A DNA stretch of 64,000 nt from Octopus vulgaris (GCA_951406725.2 OX597817.1:107260001-107324000); one strand, 5' to 3'; counted from the stretch's first letter, positions 1-14,908 are shown. Program-made: numbers and translations. The notes: generated from the sequence alone by a model not told the origin.

Positions 1-106
1 CATACATGCATGCATGTATGTATGTATGTATGTATGTATGTATGTATGTATGTATGTATGTATGTATGTATGTATGTATGTATGTATGTTTGCATGTATG
101 TATGTA
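1..106. repeat. (TATG)n microsatellite; one example of dozens of (CA)n, (TA)n, (GA)n, (TATG)n, (TATC)n and (AAT)n tracts across the window
   Basis: Directly visible tandem repeat. Confidence 0.98.
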
Positions 107-695
107 GGTTTTCTTTTTGAAATTTAAGATCTTTATACTGAAGTACTGGTCCATAACAAAGTACAAATACCTTTTTGAGAGAGTTAAAATATTCTACGCA
201 TTTCTGTATGTAAGCAAGTGTGCAGTTATGTGCGTGCGAGTGTCTGTGTGAGAGCAGATATGTCCATATCGGCTTCCACGTATGTACAATAGCTGCAATA
301 TGTCCTAGTAAACATTTGTGTAAACAAGTGTATACATACGTGTGAAGTTGTGCTTGTATGGGTTTAGGCAAGAGAATCTTTTGAAACGTTTTGTAATGTT
401 TTGCAAATCTCCCCTCCTCTCTCTGTTTCAAGGAAAAGTTTTTAATTACATGTATTGATACATGACCGCAGTGTTGCAAGGCGGGTCTCGTCGAATGAAT
501 TGACAGATTTGAACACCATAAGATGAAACTAAATACAGTGAAACGTTTACTCCTGCCATCTACTGATACTGACGATAGTTCCAAAAAGAGACCCAACACG
601 ACCCCTGGAACTGTAATCAATTCTTTTCTCTCTCAGATCACGTTCCAGCATCATCCTATTCTGTATCTTCGATTTCGTTCTTTAATGAAAGCTTG

Positions 696-794
696 TACAA
701 GGCCTGTAATTTTGCGGGAAGGGACTAGTCAATTACATTGCCCTCAATTCTCAACTGGCACTTATTTAATGACCCCGAAAGGATGAAAGGTAAG
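696..794 (-). mobile_element. SINE family B fragment
   Basis: Shares GACCCCGAAAGGATGAAAGG and ACTGGCACTTA segments with many other copies in the window. Confidence 0.7.
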
Positions 795-2093
795 ATTATA
801 AAAGATAACAAGAAACTGTAATATCTTTCTTGCCCCATGAAATTAAAACTACAAACTAACACTAACAGTATCCTGCAAAACCTAAAAACTTATTACTTAT
901 AAGTAACATTCTGTATATTTTACTTAACGTGGATATGTTGTAGGCAGCCATTGTAGTGCTAAAAAGCACAGAAGAATATCAATAGTGGACGAAAAGCGTT
1001 TTAATTATAGAAGCCATAAGCCTGTCAATTCACGAAGAGGCTACAAATGATCAATATAGTTTATAATCCCAACTGCAAACTTCATGACACCAACTGTACA
1101 ATTAAAGTTTCATTTTATTAAGCTTCATCTTTTTGTGTTCAAATTCTAAGTATCGATTTAACATTTGGACATATAAACACGACACTTTCCCGTCGAAACT
1201 ACATGCACCTACAATGAAGAGCAATCGCAATGCCTTTTACACATCGGAAGAACAAAACTAAATAGGAAAAAATAGTTGACAATACATTTATACTTTACAC
1301 AATTTACCGCCTCCAGCATACAAAAGAAAAAAAAACCGACTACTAAGGATGGCAGCCGATCTCCTAATGGTAAAATGTTAAAATAGACACACAGGCAAGA
1401 CGTACTATCCGCAAAGAAAAATGAACACCTGACTGGTTAGTTGTATGTGGCGTGTGTGTGTGTGCGTGTGTGTGTGTGCGTGTGTGTGTGCGTGTGTGTA
1501 TGTGTGCGTGTGTATATGTGTGCGTGTGTGTCAAAATCAGCCTGTAAACTTTACACACACACTCACACACACACATGCACACACATGCTCATCCACACTT
1601 TCACACACATTTACAGGCACTCACACATGCACGTATGATGCATCTCATTAGCACTGTAAATATTGTGTGACGAAAGTATACCATCTGGATGGAAAGTTGT
1701 CAAGATAAAGATAATGAATATTTGTTGTTGATATTGTTGTTGCTGTTGTTTAACCCTGGGTTTGCATTAAGTGAAGAAACCATGCTGAAAGGCATTCCTA
1801 CATGGAATTATTCAGTCCAGAAATTACACAACGTGTCCTTCAATTTCTTTTCCATGGTGGCAGGGTGTGATCTGATAGAGGGAACTGACTACTATTCCTT
1901 GCATGTCTAGTGAATGCGTTGAGTCTACCTCTATGGTTCAAGTCAGTAACAGTTGAGGACTGGTGTAAATATTTAATTCTATTTAGTTTCATCTCTCCGT
2001 GTACAAATTCTACCGGTATCGACCTTGTTGTAATCCCCCGAGGTCGATCAAATACGTGACATACACACATAGGCGCGCACAACACACACATAC

Positions 2094-2179
<86 letters not shown>

Positions 2180-2385
2180 AGAAACTAAAAGAAAGCTTGA
2201 AACAAAACTAACAGCATATGTGAAGTGAGAATGTGATCAGTGAGCAGAGAGCTGATTATATGGAATGGGAGAGGGAGAGGGAGAGAGAGAGGGAGAGAGA
2301 GAGGGAGAGAGAGAGAGGGGGAGAGAGAGAGAGATAGAGATAGATAGACTGAGAGAGAGAGAGAGAGATTGAGAAAGAGAGAGAT

Positions 2386-2443
<58 letters not shown>

Positions 2444-2754
2444 GCAATGTAATAAAATGAATAAAGAACTGCAGAGGTAGACTATGGGAAAGAACTTCGA
2501 GAAAAGAACCGAATACGACCAGAAAAGAACCATTCCTTTATTAGAGAAATATTCAAGCAAGATGACCAACATACGATTTGAGTCACCTACGATAATGACA
2601 TCAGAATGAAAAAGGGTATGGTTTTCAAACTTCAATCCATTATCAAGTTCATAAATATTAAAAGATTAAAGAAACAATGTTATGAAGCTATATAAATTTA
2701 AGATCAAAGTAAACTAAAATTTCCACCGGTCATGCTTGTCACTATAATAATCCT

Positions 2755-2945
2755 TTCTGTTATAAGTATAAGACCTGAAATTTTGTGCATCGGCCCCACT
2801 GTTCCACTGGTACTTGTTTTATAGACCCCGAAAGGTTCAAAGATAAAGTCAACCTCTGCGACATTTGAATTAAGAACGTAAAGTCAGAACAAATGCTACT
2901 AACCATTTTGTCCGGCGTCCTAACGATTTCTGCCGGTTAGGGCGA
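2755..2945 (-). mobile_element. SINE family B copy
   Basis: ACTGGTACTTG...GACCCCGAAAGG...AAGTCAACCTC...ATTTGAA...AGAACGTAAAG matches other family B copies. Confidence 0.75.
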
Positions 2946-3381
2946 TATCTCGGTTTCGTAGATATAATTCCAAATAACGAAATGAAAGGAAAACAATGAC
3001 CGAAGCATTAAATGGTGATGTAAAACTACAGTCTTCATTTTGTTGGTACGAATGATGCAAGTTTATATACGAATAGAATACAAGAGACATCGTTTCATCT
3101 AAAATAAATATCGGGCCAATTTCAAGAGTTTACCTGGCGTCATATTCACAAGCATACCTATTCAGGTCATTCATCAAATGCTTTTTTAAGATTACTTTTC
3201 TATGTAATGTCGATTAGTAACGACTACAATTTTTTTAAAATCTCAATCATCTCACTTCCTTCCACGTTTGTTATCCACCATTTTATATACTTAACATGAA
3301 AGGCAACCTAAGATGTGTGTTATGCACATGCACATACCTTTACCTATATCTACATACATATGTATTATGCGTGTGGGAATC

Positions 3382-3900
3382 CGCATGAGTAATGATGCAA
3401 CATTTCATGAGCATATTAACAAGATGGCCACATTGTGTAGGTGAGTAACTGGATGGATTCTTAGATGATTCAGAACCAGAAATAAGGATTCCTTGCTACT
3501 CTATGGAGGACTTTTGTTCTCAGTCACCTGGATTACTGCTCGCAACTGTGTTCGCTGCAGAGCGTCAGTCTGCTGGTTGTACTTGAGGCAATCCAGCGCC
3601 ACTACACAAAGAAGACTGACTCAGTGAAACAGATGAGCTAGTGGGAGAGGCTACAAGAACTGAAGCTCTACTCTCTGGAGAGAAGGCGAGAAAGATATGT
3701 AGTGATATACATCAGAAAGATCCTTGAAGTTCTAGCTCCTAACTTTCAAATTAAAAGCTATACCAATCACCGAACTGGATGGTACTGCATTATACCAAAA
3801 ATCCCGTCTTCTTCATCTCAGATAAGAACCCAATATTGCAACAGCTTGGGTTTCAGGGGACCACAACTGTTTAACATCCTGCCAAACAACCTCAGAGATT
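3382..3900 (+). pseudogene. CR1-group LINE ORF2 C-terminal remnant
   Basis: Disrupted reading MSNDATFHEHI..GWILR*FRTR..SHLDYCSQL..LEAIQR..WERLQELKLYSLERRRERY, typical post-RT region of CR1-group LINEs. Confidence 0.8.
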
Positions 3901-4665
3901 TGTGAAGTGTAGCAGGAGGCACAAAGGTACAAAGAAGAGAAGCTCCGCTACATCATCAAAAACGGTACAGAAAAGAGACCCAGAAACAATGACAGGCAAT
4001 GTTCCAGTATGGTCCCAGCTTTTGGCTGAAACCAGTAAAAGATAAAAGAAAAGATATACATATATGCCTGTGTGTGTGTGTGTGTATGTATGTAAGTAGG
4101 TAGATATGTTTGTATGTACGTATAACTGAAAATATAATTGAATTAGTGTATTTATTTCAGGTATCATATTGATTCAGGCAATCACAATTCTTTTTAATGT
4201 AGATAGTATATACAGAGGCCATATGATCCATGCATAAACCTCAGTGATATCTGTTTCACATAATCTGCTACTCTGCTAATACTTCTGCGGACGGTGTGAA
4301 CACAACTGTAACTCTTTGGAATCAAAAGGATGATACCCACCTTGATAAGATAGCTCAGGTATTTCTAATTAGACTTTTTGTTCTCAATTAAATACGTTCA
4401 CTGTCATTCAATATCAATCATATGTTCTTCTTCATCATGCGGATCGAATATCTACGTTATTAATTTTAGTTCTATGTATGTATGTATGTATGTATGTATG
4501 TATGTATGTATGTATGTATGTATGTATGTATGTATGTATGTATGTATGTATGTATGTATGAATATATATATATATGTGTGTGCATGTGTGTGTGTGTTTG
4601 TATCATCAGTAGTTCATATATCCGGAAAAGGCACACTCTGAAGCAATAGAGCAGTAGTATATTTT

Positions 4666-5032
<367 letters not shown>

Positions 5033-7120
5033 TACATACATATGTTAGTTTTTGACGTCTACTCATGTTGCAACAGAGCAAAACTACTTCGTGATTGCTT
5101 AGTCACTGCTTCACCAACTACAGTGTAATTTATGCCGCGTTAGAAGAGGTCTAATAATCCCAAAACATAGTTGAGTTGTCTCTCGTATGTATTTACTAAA
5201 ATGATCAAAACACTGTTAGTCAGCCAAAGTTCTGTTTTGCCAACAGCAGTAGTATTTCTAATTAGAATTTTTTCAATGCATTAAGTTCACCCCTACTTAA
5301 CTATGAAAGGTCAGACAATTGTACTGATTATACTTGTGGAATTTCTGAGAATAAGAGATATAGACACAATAAGTGTGTGTGTGTGTGAAAGAGAGAGAGA
5401 GATAGAGAGATAGAGAGAAAGCCAGTGGGTGTATGAGAGAGAGAGAGAGAGGGAGAAGGAGAAAGAATTTTGTATGCGTGTGTGAAAGAGAGAGAGCAGG
5501 AAGGCCATAGATGATAAAACCATAGACTAAATAGTTTAAAGTATTTTTGTCTCTATTTTACAATAATCCCATTAAAACGGAAGCTATTGCTTTATTAAAA
5601 AACTGTTCTTGATTTAGTAACCAGTGTCCCACTGACTGCACACAAACACACACACACATACAGATAATAACCGTTGTCAAATGGTTACCATTCCTTAAAT
5701 TGTTGACCAAAAATATATCTTTGATAAAGTGTTTTTAGTTGGCTTCGTTTCCAAAATCTTCATCGTATGCCGCCGCCGAAAACTCTTTTTAGATTTTGGA
5801 GATTTTTACTAGCTGATTCCTGGCATCGTCTATCGACTTACATGCATTGAAGCATCTAACCTTATATAGTCTCGTGATTTTACTAAAACGTGTGTGAGTT
5901 CTGAAAACCATTTGATTTTAGAGGCACCTCTTGAAGACTTTATGAAGACTATATGAAGGTTAAGCTATTCAGGTATAATACATTTTGCTTTAATTAAACT
6001 CTAAAGTGGATTTGAATTCAGTATTATAACCATCTGATATCCTCGTTTATTATACATCATCAGATGGGAAGATCAAATCATTTAAGGGTTATGATATTCG
6101 GCAACGAACACAATAGAAAGGTGATCGGTATCTTGATATCCTATTAATCTTACTAATTATGTTCTATGTGGATGTGTTCTTGTAAGTACCCCTCGAGTTT
6201 TTATGTTGTTTTCTCACACCAGTGTATGCACATTCTTTATCTATGCATAAATATTTCTCTTTTCATTTACCTGACAGACGCGTGAACGACTCTGCTTCGT
6301 TAAGGATGTCTAATTAGACTGAAACAAGCCTCGAGTTTTATATCATATTTGCTTAAGATCATCGCATCTTACACTACATTAGGTTGCCTATTTCCAATTT
6401 CAATTAATTGTGGCTATCGTGCGGTAAGTCATTAAAAAAAAAGAAGGCTTTTTTGAGTTGAATGAATCATTATCAGCAATGATTATTTCTCCTCGGTACA
6501 AGTTAATTAATAAAAACGATATTCATTAACAATTAGTTATAATTATCGTGCTGTTCAAATTTATAATGTCAGTATTTACCATTTAGTTGGCAGCTGCGGC
6601 TCTCGAATAAGCGAGCGAATTTAAAACCATAATGATTTTTTCATAAGCACAAAATCGTACATTTGTAGGAGTGTGACATTATGGATTGAATCAACTTAAA
6701 CACATGCCTAGTTCTTAATTTTTAGCTACCAGAAAAAATAAAAAAGCAACTCTGAAAGTATTCTGTCTAAACAAAATACTATGCAGATTTTAGCCTAGGA
6801 GTGATGGATTTCTACAGCAAGAATGCAAAACTGAAAAATAAGAAAACAAGCTACTAATTCACGTCTACAAAATTTGCAGGAACGTTAATTACATAGATAA
6901 ACATGATATTGAATATTTCTATGATAATGTTCTACCGCGGTCTATGTATGTAACGCTTAACTATGACTGATAAAGTATGGAACAACATCGTAGACACAAT
7001 TTATTTTAAAAACAACATTAATATTGTTGCAATTGTTCGTATTGACAGCAAAATAATTCTTTTAAATTATGTTGGATACTTACATGTTCCTGATATATAT
7101 ATATATACATACACACGCAT

Positions 7121-7185
<65 letters not shown>

Positions 7186-7958
7186 CTGAATTCACAGTTC
7201 ATGTCGGTTGCTCCTTATAGAACCCTACGGAGGAAGTATCTAAGGACTGTACCCCAACGATCCTCTCTGGAAAAGAGAGATGGATGGATGAATGGATGGA
7301 ATTCACAGCCCAACAGGGCTACTACTGTACTTTGTTCAAACTCAGCCATATGCATATTAAAGCGTTACGAATGTTGCCCTACAGACCAGAATGTCTTCAA
7401 TTCATTCCGTAATTAAGATAGTTTAAAGTGTTTGCTACATACATTACTCTTTCAACGAATTTTCAGTCATTTTATTACAAAATCGTAATGAAAAAGAGAA
7501 AAGTGAACCAGTATTTTCTCATGGATACTTGCATGTCGTTCTTTCTTGAGCACATTCTCTTCTTCACGTAAAGTTAAAAATAACAGATAGCAATTCTCAC
7601 GCTAGAAAAGGTGGCAGGTGATAGCAAAGAGTATATTCTCTCCTAAAGATGCACCTTCAATATTAATTTAGATTTTACATATCCAAGGATCAAGCACTTC
7701 ATAAAAGAAAAGGAAACTTCAAAAGAAATTCTGTATTTCATGGTTCCCTATAAACTTCCAACAAACTAAGTATTTCCTAAGTAACCGTGGAATTTCCACG
7801 CATTCAGCTGGTACATTTAAGCAGTTTAGCTATAAACAGAAAGTAAAGGTTAGGCACTTATTTATATAAATTCTTCTATTCTTTTACTGGCTTCAGTCAT
7901 TAGACTAGTTCGTAGTTTATCGAAATCTATCTGTTCAAGCGCTAGGTTATGGGGTCAG

Positions 7959-8937
7959 TGATATTATTGTATAGTAAAACTGTACATCTCTCCCGGTAAA
8001 AAGTGGTTCCTACCACTATAAATAGACCAATAGCCGGTCGTCAAGAGAGGGTCGAAGAGTTGAAGAATCGAGAGTCGACAGATCTAGTCAGTGTCTTGTG
8101 GAGCTATCAGCGATAATAAGATAGAAAAAGTTAGTGTATTACTATTCCGATACGAAGAGATGCAACGGTATCCGATGGCTAGTAACTGTTGTGGCTACAA
8201 GCGTAAAACAGCAACTACAGTACACACATCACACCAATGGGACGAACCCACTTTACAACAGTCGCGACAAGGAAAAACTAATTTACACGGAGTGAAAAAG
8301 AAAAATGGAAATTCACACGGAGAGTTTAAAATAATTCATGTGGAAAATTAAATAACTAAAAAAAAAAAGAAACAAAAATCTTGTGCAAACTTGCGAAAAT
8401 CGTAAAATATGGAAGACTTGTTAGTTGGGGGTAGTTGAGTTGCAAAAACAGCCACAATAACAGCTCGAGGAATAATGAGAACAAAAACAAGGATTGCAGC
8501 AGCAAATGTCACAACTAATGAAATTGATAACCAAACCGGAAAATACATTTTCGCCTGACCATGTAGCAAATTTTATAAGCGAACTGAAATATGACGCCGA
8601 GGAAGAAGTAACCTTCTAGGCTTACTTTCGAATGTTTGAACAAAGTTTTGAAAATGAATATGGGACGGACGAAATGAAAACGCATCTAGTTTTAAGAAAC
8701 TAGCGACTGCAGAGCATGAGAAGTATAGTAACTTCATATTGCCAAAATAAAAAAATTAAAAAAAAGGCGTCCGACATAAATTTCACTGACACATTTGACA
8801 TTTCTTGCAAAATGTTTAGTGAAAAGAGCTCACCATTTAATTCTAGATGAAAATGTTTAAACATAGAAAAGAGCGAAGATGAAGACTTCACTACTTGCAC
8901 AGGCAGAGTCAGCAAAGAATGTGAGAGATTTAGGCTG
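7959..8937 (+). mobile_element. Gypsy-like LTR retrotransposon 5' remnant with degraded gag at about 8570-8937 and a possible LTR upstream
   Basis: Frameshifted TAEHEKYSNFILPK..INFTDT..KMFSEKSSPFNSR*KCLNIEK..EDFTT..RVSKECERFRL resembles the gag region of K02A2.6-like Gypsy elements; the LTR part is weakly supported. Confidence 0.6.
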
Positions 8938-9212
8938 GTAGTGAGTTCAGGAAACGGTGATGCGCTGTGTCCCTGAGTAATATATTCTATTTCACGTTAT
9001 TTCTGTCCACTCAGCTAACAAAAATAAGTAGTACCTATATTTCAAAGGGCTAGCCTTGTTACATTCTGTGTCATGCTGAATCTCCCTGAGAATTACGTTA
9101 ACGGTACGTATGTCTCTGGAGTGCTCAACCACATGTACGATAATTTCACTGGCAGGCTGTTCCGTTGAATGGACCAACTGGAAACCTCGCTGTCGTAACC
9201 GATGGAGTGTCA
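8935..9212 (+). mobile_element. SINE family C (CORE-like) copy
   Basis: GTGAGTTCA B-box remnant followed by the family C body TTTCACGTT...CCACTCAGCT...GCTGAATCTCCCTGAGAA...CGTAACCGA. Confidence 0.8.
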
Positions 9213-9408
9213 GTATTGTCTTTGAGATTTCAGCATCCATGTCTCATTTCATATTCATTGTGTGCCCTAAGTAGACGTACTGTTTTCTTTACTTGATATA
9301 ATCGCTTCCCATCTCTAATCGGCCGCGTGCTACGTTTTCAGATTGCATATATTTTGTTTTCATGCGGTTCAGTCTAATTCTGAGCTATGTTTGTGTTTAA
9401 GTGTGTGT

Positions 9409-9450
<42 letters not shown>

Positions 9451-9451
9451 A

Positions 9452-9483
<32 letters not shown>

Positions 9484-11044
9484 TCTGTGAACACATGTAT
9501 GTATGTATGTATGTATGTATGTATGTATGTATGTATGTATGTATGTATGTATGCAATTGATTTCTACACAGGTTCCCGTCTTTCAAATTTCACATACTAG
9601 ATATTGGTCGATCTTAGAAGAGACACTACTGCGTGATCGAACCTTGAATCATGCGGGTACTAAACGGACTTCTTAGGAATACCTGCATCTATTTAATGTT
9701 TCTTTTTACCACTTAAGAAGCTACGTTATTTTATTTCGTAGTTGTATTTTAAACCTAGCGCAATGAAGTATATTTCTAAAAATGCATAGCTTAGTTATAG
9801 TGCATACAACGTTCACAGTATCATCTTAAGGCGTTGGCATCTTGGGTAATTTTCTGGAGGTTCTATGTGTCTGGGGGCCCAATGCTAAACTATGCATAAT
9901 GTGGTGGGGTGCTATAATACTGTTTAGGCAGTCTTAGGCGACCATGATCTTTTGCATGGTCATCGAGAGTAGTATAACAAAAAGGAGGTAAAGACCACGA
10001 TTCATGGATTGCTGCTAAAGGAAGATATTGATCTTTTGAATTTATTTTTACGTATGCATTGTTCGGGCCTAACAGCACATAGTTTTCATACAGCATGCAT
10101 GTAAATCGTGAAGTGGTGGTATGATTCACCTTCGATTTGGTTCTGGTACATGATATTGATAAACCACAAAAAAAGGCGAAACATTGATGTCAATCACTCT
10201 TGAATGGGAGAAGGGTTGAGTTGTCTCGCCTGTCCATGACTCTCAGGTGTTTTAACACGTGGCGCTTTGAGAGAGCTATCTCCACCACGCCAGACGCAAT
10301 CTACCGGCAAATACACTTGGCTTGTGCATTAAGTATATGTGGTCGATAATGTTTATTACACTAGCGCTGCTTTTATTTCATATTTGAATTGATCTGTTTA
10401 TACTCAGCCAGGAGACGTCCGAAATTCTTACAACAAAGTAGACTCTGTTAAAAACGTTTAGAGCCAGGTATTAGTGTTGTGTCGTACGATTATTTAGATT
10501 TACCACCAATACATATTGAGTTGTTTGCAGAACCCTTCAGAAAATATTTACTTTTGTTTTCATTATAAAAGAAAGACGACTGTTAATTATTTCACAATTC
10601 TTATAAATCAACAGTGGCGGGAGGGACATGACACTAAAACAGCAATGGAATGTAAACTACGATTATTGATCTTGGAGAGAAAAAAAACAAACTAATTATA
10701 TCAATTGAAATTGTTCTATCAATACCAAAATATACAGTATTACATTTTATAGCCTGGAAGAATTCAGCAAAGAAAATGAAAAGATTTATCTAGAAAAAAT
10801 ATAAACAAAATAAATACAAAACAATTATACTTTACGTAAATGATATTTACTATATATAAAAAAAAAAAAACGCAGGCATGAATTAATCACAGCATATTAA
10901 AAAAAAAGTAAAAATAATAAGTCACGTGTCTTCTTACTTCGATCACTTTTTCTCCCTTAAACATTGGTTGACCATTGGTTCAACTGAATTCTGGAAAACA
11001 GTAACTGAAAAAAAAATGATGCGGCTTAATTACATCTCTATTAA

Positions 11045-11260
11045 TTTGGTTTCACATTTTGACACAAGACCAGCAACTTTGAGGAGAGGGTAAATCGATT
11101 ACATTGACCCATGTGCTCAGCTGATTGTTAATTTATCGATCCCCGAAAGGATGAAAGGCAAAGACGACCTCGGTAGAATCTGAACTCAGAATGTAACGAC
11201 AGACGAAATGCCGCTAAACAATTTACCCAGCGTGCTAACGATTTTGCCAGCTAGCCACCT
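11045..11260 (-). mobile_element. SINE family B, near full length
   Basis: Matches family B consensus seen at 33537-33735 in the opposite orientation. Confidence 0.85.
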
Positions 11261-12904
11261 CACCATCTCTGTTTTTGTATTAATTTGCTACATAATTAAT
11301 GGTTAGTTACACGTCAGAAATGGCTCCCTGCATTCCACCTTCGCTAAACTTGATTCCTTGCTCCTCATCGCCTATTATTTCGCCCTTTTATCAAGCTGTT
11401 CACCGAATGCTGAATGTAGTCTTATACTCCAAGGATGACGACCCTATTGAACCATTTTCCATATGTTACTGTATTACACTGTCTCCTCTCTTTCCAGTAT
11501 TATAAACTTCCTTCTGTCTTTCATTTGACAGAGGTGCTACACCCTTTTCTTAACAGCGATATAGATTATTTTCCGTCAGAAGAGACTCCAAAACATCGTT
11601 ATTTCAATGAACAATGGATATAAATTTCAGTATGCTCCAAATAAAATTAAACCTTAATTTATCTCTTTCACTCTGTTTATCACGCTCCTGTCTCGTTTTT
11701 CTCTAGAATCATTTATTAGAATTATTTGACTGGTAACAATTTTCGGCTGCAGTTTTGCTCAGGTACCGCATTCAATTTTATCGATCGCATTACTTTGCTT
11801 TCCGTTCTTTTCGAGATTTTACCGATCTTGTAAGGAAGGAAAGGCTCGACACCTGAGTATAAACTTCGGGCAGAGCCAAAAGGACCTTTGTTTGTTCAAC
11901 ACACCAATTTAGACAATTTTACTCCTTATCTGTCTATCACATGGTTTTAGACTATCCGAGATGATGGTAGAAGATGCTTTTCTAAAGTGTGTCCAATGGG
12001 ACACACTTTAGTTACTACGTGGTTGAGAAGCGGATTTCATAACCAAACGGCCTTGCCTGCATCAAATTCAAATCTTCAGAGACTAGAGCTAAGTTAATTT
12101 CTATAGGAAACTTATCCAATTTCATTTCAGTTCAATTTCGCCGCTTAAGGCTTTGAAAAAGCACAACTGATATTCTCACTATTTAGATCGTGTACATGCT
12201 AAACGTTTTAGTTGTGTATGAAATGAAGTAACTGGAGATGGTCTAAAGCAAGGAATGGCATTTATTATTACCTACCACTAGTTTATATTCTACTTAAGAA
12301 TATGCTAATTTTTTCTTTTTCAGTCGAAATATGTTGATGTTACAAAAAATTGGTCGAGGAACTATCAAACAAATTGGCAGTATGTTTTTAATGCAAAGTA
12401 TAGTTTATTTACATTTGTATATATCAAATCTAAATGTGAATACAGAATAAAGAGAAGACATTGAATTTGTCCTGTATGCCTAATTTCAAACATTGATTTA
12501 ATATATACAAACATTTTCTTTTGAACCATGTTAGCGCAGTCATAATTATGAAATACATTACTTTGCTTACTTATATATATTTCAAACAATAGATCGGAGA
12601 TGAGAAAAGTACATGCATATATAAATGCATGTATGCATACATACATAACGTACTTAGTATTTATATACGCACATACACATTTGTATGTATGTGTATATAT
12701 TATATGTATATATGTAAATACACACACACACACACACATGTATATATAAACGAGAGAGTGAACAATCGAAAAATAGCAGCACTCAACACATTTGGTTACA
12801 TATATTTTTAAAATAACAATTTGGCTTAGTTTCGTGCGTCCATAGGACTCCATCTAATCAGATATTAGGATGAGATGGATGGGTCCTACGTGCCACGAAG
12901 TGTT

Positions 12905-13340
12905 ATATATATATATAATTGAATTTCTGTCTGTTTGTTTGTTTGTTTGTCCGTCAGAATGAAAGTAAAGACAGCAAATCTGTAGGAGTAGTCTCATCCT
13001 GGTTCAGATTCGAAACTGAATCTTTCAATTCTCCTTGGACATACAGCCTATTCAAACGTCAAACAGAACCGTGACAAATAGGTGTTCCACTTGACCTGTG
13101 GTCCTTTCAGTGCCATCACAAGTCCACTCGCGCAATGAGTGACCTGGATTCAGTATTGTTCTTGTTTGTCGGTTCAGATATAAATATACAAACTTCCGTG
13201 AGGTAGGCAGAGAATCTGACAGCGAAGTGAGACGCACGGCATACACATAGAGAACATGACAGGGGAACGAAAAACTTCGACACACCCACAGAAAGACAAT
13301 TCACGTCGAAACTGAATTTTTCAATTCTCCTACCGAATTG
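12905..13340 (+). mobile_element. Possible non-autonomous Helitron-like element
   Basis: 5' signature TATATATATAATTG..TGTCTGTTTGTTTG and a repeated CGAAACTGAAT.TTTCAATTCTCCT motif; no clear 3' end. Confidence 0.3.
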
Positions 13341-13589
13341 GTAGCATTTTACCACAAGAAAATGAAGGCAATAAATTTTTGCAAGAATATTTCATTAACA
13401 ATATGCAAAAACAAGCTGAGACAAGGTATAATCTTGACATAATACAACAACTTCAAAAAGTGCTTCATAACAATAATAATTATATCAGGAGTTTCAAATG
13501 TACTCTTGATAATGCATAAAGCAGATGAGTCTATATCTGAACATTATTTGGAAAAGGAGCCTACAGTCACCAGTGTAAGCTACAGTGAA

Positions 13590-13930
13590 ATGCTGGTCAA
13601 AAACGGAAACTAGCAATTCGCACCAAACGCCGAGGTCTATTGTTAATGTAAGTGTTGTTGCATGACAATGCACGCCCACTTACGGCCACCCTTACCGTTG
13701 AAACATTAAAAAATTGGGTTTCGAGTTGCTGGAAACCTTGCATACTGTCCAGATTTCGCCCTTTTCGACTATCATCTCTTTGGACCGCTCAAATATCCTT
13801 TACGAAATCGACGATTTGCTACGGACGAAGAAGCGCAGGAAACGGTGCATAAGTGGCTGCGCGACCAGCAGAAAACCTTCTCCAATGGATTAAACAAGCT
13901 TGTGGACCGCTAGAAGAAGTTACAGAAACA
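13590..13930 (+). pseudogene. Mariner transposase C-terminal remnant
   Basis: LLHDNARP, then after frameshift a YSPDLAP-like segment and DYHLFGPLK..TDEEAQETVHKWL. Confidence 0.85.
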
Positions 13931-14219
13931 AGAGTGCATAAATACTCATTGTCATTCGAGCTTGTAGACTGTCGCACTCCAAACTAAAAACAAAAATAGG
14001 GGGGAAATTACATCAAATGAGAGCCAACCACCTTAAAAAGATTAGTCTTTTCATCAACAAAAAGAAGTAATGTTCTTGACTGTAAGTTCTCTGATCGTTC
14101 ATCTTCTCAATCATAACTAACCTGGAGTTAAACGTAACTAGTGGTTTACACATGATCTATGGATCGAATATTCTAGAAAGATTTATACAAATAGGCATCT
14201 TTATTGAAAAATATTTACT

Positions 14220-14460
14220 GTTTGTGTTAAGCCTAATGTTAACCACGAACGAATAGATCTATGAGCAAAAGTGTTCCGGACATGACCATCCTGTCATTGT
14301 TCCAAACATATTTATTTTCAGTCAATATCTTTCAGGCTTTTCAGTGCGTTGTCCAGTGCATCCTTTTTTTCATTAATACGATAGTGTGTGATTTGAGAGA
14401 GATTTAACTGCTATTTCTAATGAGACGAGTGATCACTTAAGTTATTCTCTCAGTGACTTG
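14220..14460 (+). repeat. Old bipartite interspersed repeat (representative copy)
   Basis: 5' block like TGTTTAACCC..GAGCAGA..TATGATCAAAGG..TTCC..CATGACCATCC recurs near 1745, 14550, 23555, 44815 and 63105; 3' block GATTT..CTGCTATTTCTA recurs near 14400, 15980, 19075, 24410 and 45505. Confidence 0.55.
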
Positions 14461-14908
14461 ATTTCTAAGATTAGCAGAAGACCGCACAATTGTAGATTAG
14501 TAGAGATAGAGACCACTGCACATGATTAATTTTTATCTGTTATTTTAGTTGTTTAGTCTCAGATCAAACATAGCAGAGAAGAGCTTTGATTGAAAGCATT
14601 TCAATCGTAAATACTCCGTCTTAATTTCATTTATCGTATTATGGACAGCATCATTCGGAGCTTATAAATATAGTTTACCCAAAGTGAATTGCACGCATAC
14701 ATACCTCTTAAACAACCTTATAAAAGTAAACAACACCAAGAAACCAAAATGAAGCTTAAGAACCCAGCCAGCTTTGTACGTTCCTATTATGAAATGTGTC
14801 TTTCCTATTTTAAGACGTAGCGAATAATTTGACTGAGGCTTGACTATTATTTACAAGTAGATCAGAAGATTACGTTATAGATTCCCATTTTTGGCCATAA
14901 ATAAGTAG

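Noticed and set aside
569-616. HHR-like CUGACGA-U-AGUUCC..GGAACU-GUAA
   Set aside because: GAAA is altered and no convincing stem I or III; at best a decayed relic
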